Positions 1 through 9,326 of a stretch of 64,000 bases of DNA are shown here, in pieces. The position numbers and the translations under genes are program-made. Origin of the DNA: Bryobacterales bacterium (lineage in GTDB: Bacteria > Acidobacteriota > Terriglobia > Bryobacterales > UBA6623); NCBI GenBank assembly GCA_963422375.2, contig OY729428.2, positions 1,664,001 through 1,728,000 of the forward strand, read 5' to 3'. Positions within the stretch are counted from its first letter, which is position 1. The number at the start of each line of letters is the position of its first letter. Under the pieces are notes generated by a model. That model was not told the DNA's origin. It did no database searches and saw only the letters and a program-made list of their open reading frames with translations.

Positions 1-126
1 CATGTCGCGAATCCTCTGGGTCGCAGTATACGCGGTGTCCTCGGGCGTTCTCCCCTCGCGCCATGCCTTGAAGACCGCCCGATCGTCGGTCGATTGCGGG
101 GGCGAAGGAGGGTTGGTAGTAGGCAT
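1..126 (-). CDS. Possible N-terminus of a hypothetical protein running off the window (MPTTNPPSPPQSTDDRAVFKAWREGRTPEDTAYTATQRIRDM...)
   Basis: Manual minus-strand translation from ATG at 126 is open to the window edge; no family recognised. Confidence 0.3.
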   Translation of the reverse strand, partial: MPTTNPPSPPQSTDDRAVFKAWREGRTPEDTAYTATQRIRDM

Positions 127-426
127 CGGGGGGCACCTGCGCCGCGAATGCCAGCTACGCCACAACCAGCCAGCGCCTTGTCGGCTCAGGTAACCGCGCC
201 CTCAGGCTAAGACTCGGGCGGAGTCCTGTCGCATGCATGCCTGTCGCCGTACCAGACCAAGACTGACTGCGCTCTTCCGGCGGGGCGTGGCCTGCCCGAA
301 CGAGAGCATCGCTGGATCGCGGACAGGATCCCGATAACAATGGGAATTATATATCTGAGTGCTGAGGGAATCAAGTAGGCAAATTATCAAGCCATTATAA
401 GATTTCATATTTCTTCCGACTTTCCG

Positions 427-456
427 TTGACATTCTGTGGTGTTTCTTGGTAGAAT
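427..456 (+). promoter_or_regulatory. Sigma70-type promoter for the IS1595 transposase
   Basis: TTGACA (427-432), 18-bp spacer, TG-extended TAGAAT (451-456), just upstream of ATG 480; conserved in copy 2 (32540-32569). Confidence 0.7.
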
Positions 457-479
457 AGTTCCAGTAGGGGATACCGTAA

Positions 480-1436
480 ATGAAGAAACCAGGTCCCGGA
501 AAGTGGTTCCGTAAAGGCATCACATTGATGGAAGTGATCGCCATGTTCCCCGATGACGAATCCGCGGAAAAGTGGTTCGCCTCCATGCGCTGGCCGGACG
601 GTCCCGCGTGCCCCCGCTGCCGCGGCTCCAGCGTGCAGTCCGACGCGGCCCACCCTTCGATGCCGTACCGTTGCCGCGGCTGCGGCAAGCGCTTTTCGGT
701 GCGCACCGGCAGCGTGACGGCCGACACCAAGCTCGGCTACCGCACCCGGGCCGTCGCCCTGTTCCTGCTGACCACCGGCATCAAGGGCGTCTCGAGCATG
801 AAGCTGCACCGCGACCCGGGAATCAGCCGGAAGTCGGCCTGGCACCTGGCGCACCGCATCCGCGCCTGCTGGGAGCGGGATCGGGGCCTGTTCGCCGGCC
901 CGGTGGAGGTGGACGAGACCTGCGTCGGCGGCAAGGAGCGCAACAAGCACGAGAGCAAGAAGGCCCGTGCCGGGCGCGGGCCCGTCGGCAAGACGCCCGT
1001 GGCGGGGGCGCGGGACCGCGCCACGAACGCAGTGGCCGCGCGGCCGCTGCCGGGCACCGCCGAGGGCGACCTGCAGGGCTTCGTGCGCGCCCGCGTCGCG
1101 CCGGGGGCGCAGCTCCGCTCCGACGAGGCGGCGGCCTGCGCCGGCATGGCGGAGTTCGCGCACGAAGCCGTCAGGCACTCCGGCGGCGAGTACGTGCGCG
1201 GGGCAGCGCATACGAACGGCATCGAATCGTTTGGGTCCCTGTTCAAGCGCGGCCTGTACGGCACCTATCACCGGATGAGCGTCCGTCATCTCGGCCGCTA
1301 CCTGACGGAGTTCGCGGGACGGCGCAACGACCGCGACTGCGACACGGCGGAACAGATGCGGCGCATGGCGCGGGGCCTGGTCGGCCGGACGCTGACCTGC
1401 CGGCAGCTGACCGGCAAGGCCGCGGTCGCGGCCTGA
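480..1436 (+). CDS. IS1595-family transposase
   Basis: Zn-ribbon CPRC..CRGC, GVSSMKLHRD HTH region, VEVDET / SDE / HTNGIES catalytic motifs. Confidence 0.93.
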   Translation: MKKPGPGKWFRKGITLMEVIAMFPDDESAEKWFASMRWPDGPACPRCRGSSVQSDAAHPSMPYRCRGCGKRFSVRTGSVTADTKLGYRTRAVALFLLTTGIKGVSSMKLHRDPGISRKSAWHLAHRIRACWERDRGLFAGPVEVDETCVGGKERNKHESKKARAGRGPVGKTPVAGARDRATNAVAARPLPGTAEGDLQGFVRARVAPGAQLRSDEAAACAGMAEFAHEAVRHSGGEYVRGAAHTNGIESFGSLFKRGLYGTYHRMSVRHLGRYLTEFAGRRNDRDCDTAEQMRRMARGLVGRTLTCRQLTGKAAVAA

Positions 1437-1865
1437 GCGGAGCCCGCCGCGCTGAGCGCGGCAGCCCGCTGCGGGCGCGCGCTTCACGCTCGGTGCGCTT
1501 CACGCTCGGTGCGAGGGTCGCACCGGATCCGGCATGCCCCGGTGCGACCCCGGTCCGGCCCGGACCGTCCATGCAGGCCGTCGAGCGCCGGGGATCCGCT
1601 GTCTTCGGCCCTCGCAGGGCCTGCAAGCGGCTTGCAAGGGGTGCCCTGCCACCGCCAACCGGGTTCCACCGGGGCATGCGAGGTGGCCTCTCTAGTCCGT
1701 TCCTCGTCCAATCCGCTGGCAGGCTCGATTCAGATACGATCCCACCCCTCCGTGCCTGCCGCGGCCGCACTCGAATGACCCCAGCTCGACACCGACCTCC
1801 CTGCTCAGAGCAGTTCTCGTCGGACATGGCGTCGTCGGCACTCAGATATATAATTCCCATAACAA

Positions 1866-2244
1866 TCAGTCTTTAGCCTGCCAGGTGAGGATCGGCCTTC
1901 TTGCCGCCCGCGTCTCGTCCACGCGATTCGTGCGAGTCGTCGTCGGAGCCCTGCGGACCAGATCCGGATCCGTTTCGACCTCCTCGGCGATTTGCCTCAT
2001 GGCCGCGATGAACTCGTCCAGTTCCTGCTTGCTCTCTGTCTCGGTCGGTTCGATCATCAACGCGCCTCGGACGATCAGCGGAAAGCTCACCGTATACGGA
2101 TGGAAGCCGTAGTCGATCAGGCGCTTGGCGATGTCGCCGGTCCGAACCCCGCGTTTCGCCTGTCGCGAGTCGCTGAACACGCATTCGTGCATCGAGGCTG
2201 CGTCGTAGGGAAGGTCGTAGTAGCCTTCTAGCCGGATAATTCAT
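1866..2244 (-). pseudogene. gcvPB: C-terminal fragment of glycine dehydrogenase subunit 2 (GcvPB)
   Basis: [58 protein letters not shown] is the GcvPB C-terminus; the N-terminal part is absent. Confidence 0.85.
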
Positions 2245-2288
2245 GAGTAGCCCGGAGGGCCATAGTCCGGTCCCTCCGGGCTAGGAGC

Positions 2289-2477
2289 CTTCCGGACGAC
2301 GTGGTGCATCACATCACGAGCGAGTTGACCGGAGAGCGCTTCGAGTTCGTCCAGCCGGCCTACGCGGGGCCGTACGAGCACAACCCGCACCCCAGCGAGG
2401 CGTCGCCGGAGACCCGCGCCTTGGCGGATTTCGCGCTGGCGCTCTTCAACCCCAACGAGTTCGTCTACGTGTACTGA
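2289..2477 (+). pseudogene. C-terminal fragment of a DUF1553-type protein
   Basis: Manual translation ...TSELTGERFEFVQ...ETRALADFALALFNPNEFVYVY*, the typical DUF1553 end, directly before a DUF1501 gene. Confidence 0.7.
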
Positions 2478-2479
2478 CC

Positions 2480-3894
2480 ATGAAACGACCAGTCTTCACG
2501 GCGACGCCGTCCCGCAGGGAACTGCTGTATCACTCGGGCATGGGGCTGGGGGCCGTCGCGCTCTCGGCCTTGCTGCACGGGGAGCGCGCCGGCGTCCTTG
2601 CGCCCAAGCGAGGGCATCATCCGGTGAAGGCGAAGAACTGCATCTTCCTGCTGATGGAGGGCGGGCCGAGCCACATCGACACGTTCGACCCCAAGGCCAA
2701 GCTCGCGGAGCTCCATCTCACGGAGTTCGTCAAGGAGCGGAACAAGTTCGAGGCCAGCATGAACACGGGCAAGCGGTACTTCGTCCGCAGCCCGTTCGAG
2801 TTCCGGCGTGCCGGCAACCTGGGCATCGAGATCAACGCGAAGCTGCATCACTTCGCCGACTGCGTCGATGACGTCTGCTTCTACCGCGGGCGGCAGGCGA
2901 CCTCTGTGAACCATCCGACGGCGCTGTACCACCTGAACACCGGCAACCGCTTCGGGGGCGACCCCGCGATCGGGTCCTGGGTGACGTACGGCCTCGGCAC
3001 CGAGAACGAGAACCTGCCCGGCTTCGTCGTGCTGCCCGACCTGGCGTACCCGCAAGGCGGGGCGGGGAACTGGTCCAACGGCTTCCTCCCCGCGCACTAC
3101 CAAGGGACGCCTCTCCGCTCCCAGGGTGCCCCGGTGCTCGACATGAGCCCCCCGAGTACGTGACGCACGAGCAGCAGCGGGGGACGCTGGACTTCCTGGG
3201 CCGGCTCAACAGGAGTCATCAGGCGCGCCATCCGCACCACGAGGAGCTGTCGGCCCGCGTCGAGAGCTACGAGCTCGCGTTCCGCATGCAGGCGGAGATG
3301 CCGGAGGCGATCGACATCGATGCCGAGCCCGAGGGCACGAAGAGCCTGTACGGGGTTGGCTCGGAAAATACGGAAGTCGATTCGATCGCGCGCCGCTGCC
3401 TGCTCGCCCGGCGCCTGGTGGAGCGAGGCGTGCGATTCGTCCAAGTCATCGTGTCGGGATGGGACTCGCACGACTACATCGAGAAGGCGCACGGAGCGCG
3501 GCTCGATTCGATCGACCGCCCGGTCGCCGGCCTGCTGAAGGATCTGAAGCGGACCGGGCTTCTCGACGAGACGCTGGTCGTGTGGGCCGGCGAGTTCGGA
3601 CGCTCCCCCGACAACGGGATTCGCGGCGGCGGCACGGCGTGGGGCCGCGACCACAACGCCCCGGCCATGGGATTCTGGATGGCCGGAGGCGACGCCTCGC
3701 GCGGGGAGATCGTCGGCGCTACCGACGAGACCGGGCGCACTGCGGTGGAGGTTGTCCACCTGATCCGGGACATGCATGTCACGCTGCTGCACCTGCTCGG
3801 GCTGGACGACGCCAGGCTGACGTACTTCGCGCAGGGACGGGACAAGCAGCTCAGCCAGACGGGCGGGGAACTCATCAAGGAGCTCGTCGCCTAG
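2480..3894 (+). pseudogene. DUF1501 family protein, frameshifted near 3150-3163
   Basis: ORFs 2480-3163 (SRRELL Tat-like, GGPSHIDTFDPK) and 3160-3894 (YELAFRMQ, GEFGRSP, GRDHN) form one DUF1501 gene; break at a C-run. Confidence 0.85.
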
Positions 3895-4325
3895 ATTGCC
3901 GGTGTAGTTCACGGCATCTATCGGGGAATCTTCACGTTACGCCCTGCAGTAGTGTGCTCGATGTCTCCGGATTGCCTGCTCTTGCAAGAGCGGCTGCTGG
4001 CGCGAGACGCGGCTCGGTCGGCAGGGGGCCATGAACGGCGACTGATCCTGCCGCCGCCGCCTGTTATTCGGCGACGCTGGGCGATCCCTCAGAGGTCGGC
4101 TAGATCGGACAGAGTCTCCCCACTAGGCGACTGCAGAAATCACTGGAAGATTCAGGACGCATAGTGCGGATGACAACGCACCGCATGCAGAGGGACGGAC
4201 GCTCCTGCCGGGAGTCTCTGCAGAAGGAACTCTGGGAGACACCCTGACTCCTTTTCGGTCGGCCCGGGTTCACGGCGGGAGGTGCCTGCTGTCTCGACCG
4301 CCCAATCGGCGGCGGGAACGGTTCG

Positions 4326-4937
4326 CTACCTTTCTGGTCCGCAGTTTTCGCGTGTCGCTCGGCCGCGGGTCTCTTGCTGGGCGCGATCCCTCACCTTGCT
4401 CAGGATTTCCGCGATCCGGTGTTCAGCGCGTGGCGAGACCCCGTCGTGCGGGTAGACCGCCCTGTGGATGTCGCGCACTTCCTCTAGAGTGGTCACTCCC
4501 AGTTGCTGGATGAGCAGCTCGATATCCTCCATGTCTTTCGCCCGCGCTGCCCGCACCTTCATCCCCAGTAGATGTCGCGCGGAGGCCCCGGTCACTACCA
4601 GATAGGGCGACTCGAACAGCACCCTCGCCGCTTTGTCCGGCTGTCCTGGATGCCCTGGCATCCAGCGGACCTCGTCGTTTAGCCAGTCGTCGTCGAGTCC
4701 TTGATCCCGCCCGACTTCTGTCGCTGCTTCCATGACCACTTCGCGAGGGTCGATCATCAAGGCATCCACGTCCACCGTCCCCTTGCTTCGACGGTGGGTC
4801 AACATCATCGCCGCTCCTCCGACGATGTAGATGTGCGCCCTCACTTCCCGCTCAGCTAAGCGTACCGACAGCGCCTCGAACGCCCGCACAATATCGGCGC
4901 GGTAAAGCTGAAGATCCTGCCTACGGGACCCACGCAT
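4326..4937 (-). CDS. Nucleotidyltransferase (DUF6036 / AbiEii-like)
   Basis: IYIVGGAAM..R..TVDVD motif, WLND, LLGMKVRAARAKDMEDI; ATG 4937 overlaps the upstream gene's stop. Confidence 0.75.
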   Translation of the reverse strand: MRGSRRQDLQLYRADIVRAFEALSVRLAEREVRAHIYIVGGAAMMLTHRRSKGTVDVDALMIDPREVVMEAATEVGRDQGLDDDWLNDEVRWMPGHPGQPDKAARVLFESPYLVVTGASARHLLGMKVRAARAKDMEDIELLIQQLGVTTLEEVRDIHRAVYPHDGVSPRAEHRIAEILSKVRDRAQQETRGRATRENCGPER

Positions 4938-5364
4938 GCTTCTCCCCTCCTCTGGCATCGAGATCCAGCGGGTCGGGCAAGGCGCCGTGCCGGATGAACG
5001 ATCCCGGCGCGTACAGCACGGAGTCGATTCCAATGGCCCGCATGTCGGAGATGACCCATGGCGTGTCGAGGAACCGTTCCGGCTCTTCCACCCATGCTGG
5101 CACGGCCTCTTCATGCAGACGAGCGATGTGTTCCACCACTGCCGCCAGCAATGCGTCCCATTTGGTCCCGGTGAGGGCCGGTCGCTCCGCGAGCAGCGCT
5201 CGGCGCTCCGCAGGACTTGCCAGGTGGAACCGCCGGGGCAGGTCGTGAATCAGCGTCCGGTAGACGCTGTGGCGATTCGGCTCGTGCTCGATCACCCAAA
5301 CGTACGCTGCCAGCTCGAAGCCCCGCCGCATGATCTCAGTATGCCTGTCCCGGCGATCTGGCAA
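4921..5364 (-). CDS. Hypothetical partner protein upstream of the nucleotidyltransferase (possible antitoxin)
   Basis: 147-aa ORF with P.LTG.KWDALLAA..E....P.W...PERFL..PW pattern; overlaps the NTase start. Confidence 0.65.
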   Translation of the reverse strand: MPDRRDRHTEIMRRGFELAAYVWVIEHEPNRHSVYRTLIHDLPRRFHLASPAERRALLAERPALTGTKWDALLAAVVEHIARLHEEAVPAWVEEPERFLDTPWVISDMRAIGIDSVLYAPGSFIRHGALPDPLDLDARGGEKHAWVP

Positions 5365-5478
5365 GTGTCATTCTGGGTTTGCAAGAACAGCTCGAGTCGG
5401 ATCATGACCCGCTCGCAATTCGCGATCGGACCTCGCTCCTTGCAACTCGCTGGGCGCTCGGAGTGCGTTGTTTCGGGA

Positions 5479-5729
5479 AACCACCCGACGGCGCCGCACC
5501 GCCCGAAGACCGGCAGCTCTGTCGCCTGAGACCCTGCGATCGGGTCGCGGGTGCCGTTCGGCCTCGGCGCCGAGAACCAGAGCCTGCCGGGCCTCGCCGT
5601 GCTTTCCAATCCCGCGCGCCCGCAGGGAGGGGCAGGGAACTGGTCCAACGGCTTTCTCCCCGCGAATGACCAAGGGGCGCCGCTCCGCTGGCCGGGGACT
5701 CGACATCGACGCCGCCCCCGAGGGCACGT
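5479..5729 (+). pseudogene. Degenerate, internally deleted DUF1501 paralog fragment
   Basis: Aligns codon-for-codon with 2909-3118 (NHPTA..DPAIGS..GGAGNWSNGFLPA) with an in-frame TGA, then jumps to the DIDA.PEGT segment (cf. 3313-3339). Confidence 0.85.
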
Positions 5730-5884
5730 CTAGCCAGTTCTGCGACCCGCTGGGTATCGACGTCGCGAAGAAGTACCGCGCGCCTCCCAACCGGCTCACT
5801 CCACACGCGGTCGTCGGCGCGACCGCGCCGCCTAGTCCGGGCGCAGGCGGCGCCGTGCCGCCCGCGCCCGGCGAGCCGCCCTCG

Positions 5885-8800
5885 CTAGAAGCGGAAGGTC
5901 AGGCCGAACTGGAACTGCCGCTGGTCGTTCGCAGCGCGCGTGACCCGCCCGAAATTCGAGTTGCTGCGGTTGGCATTCGGATTCAGGAAGTGGGGCGTGT
6001 TGGTGAAGTTGAACGACTCGACGCGGAGCGTGAAACTCGCCTGCTCGCCCAGGCTGGGCACCGCGAAGCGCCGGAAGATCGAGAAGTCCAGGTTCGCGAG
6101 CCCCGGCCCGTCGACGATGTTCCGCCCGGCGTTGCCCAGCGTGCCTTGCTGCGGCACCGCGAAGGCGTCGGTCGTGAACCACAGGTCCGTGCCCTGCGGC
6201 CCGGCGATGCCGCCGAGAATCGACGGCGTGCCCACCACGTCCGCGCGCTGCCCGTTGCCGGGCGCGTTGAGGGTCGAGCCGGCGGCGCCGATGGTGAACG
6301 GCTCGCCGGTCATCAGCGAGACGATGCCTTGCACTTGCCAGCCGCCGAGTACCGCCGCCGCCGCGCCGTGCTGCGCCAGCGGCTTGCCTTCGCCGAACGG
6401 CAGCTCGTACATGAAGCTCTGCGCGTAGACGTGCCGGCGGTCCGACCGCATGCGTCCGCGGTTGGTCAGGAACGCGAATCCGTCCACCTGCAGCCCGCCA
6501 GTGTCGTCGCTGAAATTCAGCGCCTTGCTCCACGTGTACGACGTCGTCAGCCCGAACCCGTTCGCGAAGCGGCGGTCCAGCTTGGCCTGCAGCGAGTTGT
6601 AGTAGGTATGCGTGCCGATGAAGGTGTTGGTGGACGTATTGCGATTGAAGACCGCCAGCAGCGGGCGCTGGGTGCCCGGCGCCCGCGCCGCGTTGACGTC
6701 CCAGCCGGTCTGGTTGTTGACGCCGTGGTTGCCCACGTACGCCAGATCCAGCACGAAGTCCATCGGCAGCGAGCGCTGCAGCGCCACGTTCCAGCTCTGC
6801 ACGTAGGCGCGGGCCAGGTCGGCGGGCGTGCTGCCGTAGTTCTGCCGCGGGTCCGGGTTCTCGATGATGCCGTTGGACGGGATCTCGAACGACTGGAAGG
6901 CCGGGAAGCCCTCCGACATCGAGCCCGAGGCGACGAACGAGTTGGGCGCGTTGAACGCGTTGTTCTGCTTGACCGGGAAGTTGTATTGCGCCATGCGCCG
7001 GTTGATGTAGCTGATCCCGTAGCCGACTCGCATCACGGTGCGCTCGTCGAAGCGGTAGGCCACGCCGAACCGCGGCCCTAGGCCGAGCGGCGCGCCGCGC
7101 ACGCCCATGTCCATCGGCACGGAGCCGATGCCGGCCAGCTCCAGCGTGTTGTCGCGGAAGTTGTAGTTCGAGAATCCGCCCGGGAAGCGCGGCCGCGAGG
7201 CCCTCTCCGATTCCAGCCGCAGTCCCAGGTCGAGCGTCAGCTTCGGCGAGACCTGCCACTTGTCCTGCAAGTAGTAGGCCAGGATCAGTTCGCGGCGCGC
7301 CGGGAACTGGATGGCGATGTCGCGCCCGTGGATGCCCGGCTGGTCCAGCAGGAAGCTGGCGAAGGCGTTGCCGACGCCGCGCAGCGTGTCCTCCTGCGTC
7401 GCCGTCTGGCCCTGGCGGAACTGGAAACGGCCGCGCGGGTTGAACGTCTGCGTCTGCAGCAGGTCGTTGCGCTCGCGCCGGATCTCGAATCCGAAGCGGA
7501 TCACGTGGTTGCCCTGCGTCTTGGTGAAGTTGTTGGTGATGCCGAAGAACGTCACCGAGCGCGCCCACGGCAGCGATGGCGAGAAGCCGACCACCGGGCG
7601 GCCGAAGCCGTCGATGCGGATCTCGCTCATGCCGCTGGTCCATTCGTCGATGTTGACGCCGGGGATGCCGATGTCCTGAGCCGTGGTCAGCCCGCGATCG
7701 GCGTTGATGGCGTCGTTGCGGTTGCGCACGATGCCGAAGCGGCCCTCCCAAACGAAGGTCGGCGAGAACACCTGCGAGTAGGACACCATCGGGCTCTGCG
7801 TGGTGGCCGGCCCGGTGCCCGAGAAGCCGTTGTTGCGCGGACCGCCGTAGATGCCGCAATTGGGGCCGTACAGGCCGCAGTCGGTCACCTCCGCTTCCTG
7901 GCGGCTGTAGCGCAGCGTGAAGCGGCCGGTATTGGTGACCAGCCAGTCGTACTTCACGTCGAAGGCGTCGATCGTCTTGATGCGCGCGGTGCTCTTCTCG
8001 AAGTTGTTCGACCCGGCGTCGGTCTGCCGCGTCGGATCGGGGATGAAGTCCAGGATGGCGCGCGAGATCGGGCTCTGCCGCGCCAGCGGGATCACATTGT
8101 TCGCGAAGGCGACGCGCCCGGCACCCTCGCCGTCCCCGGTGGAGGGGTCGTAAATTCGCTCGCCCTGGCCGGAGAAGTCGCCCATGCGGAACGGCAGCGT
8201 CGGAATCGCGGCCTGCGTCCGCTCGCCGAGGTTGTCGCGGCTGCCTTGGAAGTCGCCGAACAGGAACATCTTGTTGCGGATCAGCGGCCCGCCGAGCGTG
8301 CCGCCGAACTGGTTGTAGGTGGTCGGTGCCTTGCCGGTCGCGAAGACCTGCCGCGACTGCACGTTCTCGTTGCGGTGGAAGTGGAACAGGCTGCCGTGGA
8401 CCTCGTTGGTGCCCGAGCGAAGCGTGACGTTGACTACCGCGCCGCCGGCGTTGCCGAACTCCGGATCGAAGTTGGACGTCGAGATGTCGACCGTCTGCAG
8501 CGCCTCGATCGGCGGCACGAGCGCGGTCAGGTTGCCGTTGTCGATCTTGTTCTCGATGCCCTCGATCTGGAAGTTGTTGAACTGGCGCCCCTGGCCGTTC
8601 ACGCGCATGGACAGCGAGTCCTGCGAGTTGTAGAACTGCGAGTGCGGCCGCCACGGGCGTCCCACGCCCGGTACCAGCGTCAGCAGTCCCTGGTAGTTGC
8701 GGTTGAACAGGAGAGGCAACTCGCGCATCTGCTTGGTTTCCAGCTTGGCTCCGGTGTCCGCGCGATCCGTCTGCAGGATCGGCGCCGCGCCAGTGACCGT

Positions 8801-9184
8801 GACCGTCTCGGTGACGGCACCGGGCTGCATCTCCAAGTCGATCCGCACGGTGGTGTTGGGCAGCACGACGATGTCGCCGCGCACCGCGCGATTGAAGCCC
8901 TCCATCTCGACCGCTACCTCGTAGGTGCCGGGATCGAGGTTGGGGAACACGTACAGGCCGCTCTCGTTGGTCGATCTCTCGCGGGCGGAGTTCGTGCTGG
9001 TCTCGGTGAGCAGCACGGACGCCGCCGGGATCACGCCGCCGGTGGAGTCGGTGATGGTGCCCAGAACCTGGGCCTTGAGCACCTGGGCCCGAGCAGGCTC
9101 GGGCGCGCCCACCAGCCCGGCCAGCACGGCGCACAGCGCGATGGCTCCTATCGCGGCCGAGCGGCGGCTTACAGGTGTGATCAT
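5885..9184 (-). CDS. TonB-dependent receptor with N-terminal carboxypeptidase-regulatory-like domain
   Basis: 1099 aa; signal peptide, GTITDSTGGVIP, YYLQDKWQVSPKLTLDLGLR, C-terminal QFQFGLTFRF. Confidence 0.92.
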   Translation of the reverse strand: MITPVSRRSAAIGAIALCAVLAGLVGAPEPARAQVLKAQVLGTITDSTGGVIPAASVLLTETSTNSARERSTNESGLYVFPNLDPGTYEVAVEMEGFNRAVRGDIVVLPNTTVRIDLEMQPGAVTETVTVTGAAPILQTDRADTGAKLETKQMRELPLLFNRNYQGLLTLVPGVGRPWRPHSQFYNSQDSLSMRVNGQGRQFNNFQIEGIENKIDNGNLTALVPPIEALQTVDISTSNFDPEFGNAGGAVVNVTLRSGTNEVHGSLFHFHRNENVQSRQVFATGKAPTTYNQFGGTLGGPLIRNKMFLFGDFQGSRDNLGERTQAAIPTLPFRMGDFSGQGERIYDPSTGDGEGAGRVAFANNVIPLARQSPISRAILDFIPDPTRQTDAGSNNFEKSTARIKTIDAFDVKYDWLVTNTGRFTLRYSRQEAEVTDCGLYGPNCGIYGGPRNNGFSGTGPATTQSPMVSYSQVFSPTFVWEGRFGIVRNRNDAINADRGLTTAQDIGIPGVNIDEWTSGMSEIRIDGFGRPVVGFSPSLPWARSVTFFGITNNFTKTQGNHVIRFGFEIRRERNDLLQTQTFNPRGRFQFRQGQTATQEDTLRGVGNAFASFLLDQPGIHGRDIAIQFPARRELILAYYLQDKWQVSPKLTLDLGLRLESERASRPRFPGGFSNYNFRDNTLELAGIGSVPMDMGVRGAPLGLGPRFGVAYRFDERTVMRVGYGISYINRRMAQYNFPVKQNNAFNAPNSFVASGSMSEGFPAFQSFEIPSNGIIENPDPRQNYGSTPADLARAYVQSWNVALQRSLPMDFVLDLAYVGNHGVNNQTGWDVNAARAPGTQRPLLAVFNRNTSTNTFIGTHTYYNSLQAKLDRRFANGFGLTTSYTWSKALNFSDDTGGLQVDGFAFLTNRGRMRSDRRHVYAQSFMYELPFGEGKPLAQHGAAAAVLGGWQVQGIVSLMTGEPFTIGAAGSTLNAPGNGQRADVVGTPSILGGIAGPQGTDLWFTTDAFAVPQQGTLGNAGRNIVDGPGLANLDFSIFRRFAVPSLGEQASFTLRVESFNFTNTPHFLNPNANRSNSNFGRVTRAANDQRQFQFGLTFRF

Positions 9185-9326
9185 GCTTTACCTCCTCGGC
9201 GCGGTGCGCGTGAGGAGCCGCCTGATCGGCTCCGGCCGCACCGCGTACGGTAAGGATAGCGCACGGCTTCCGGCGTCGGTTTCGGGGCGGCGGGGCCCTG
9301 CCATACCATGGGCGTACCGTCCCGCC

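Larger units (their letters stand above)
342..1858 (+). mobile_element. Complete IS1595-family insertion sequence (copy 1)
   Basis: TIRs GGGAATTATATATCTGAGTGC (342-362) and GCACTCAGATATATAATTCCC (1838-1858); perfect 8-bp TSD ATAACAAT at 334-341 and 1859-1866; encloses a transposase. Confidence 0.95.

Noticed and set aside
572..1876. Long alternative-frame and antisense ORFs (e.g. 572-1876, 5832-9338, 9384-11507, 47011-48228)
   Set aside because: Arg/Ala/Pro/Gly-rich shadow frames of recognisable genes in high-GC DNA
2909..5729. Diversity-generating retroelement template/variable repeat pair (DUF1501 segment and its mutated copy)
   Set aside because: Differences affect both T and A plus many synonymous G/C positions, no reverse transcriptase is present, and the copy is a decayed paralog
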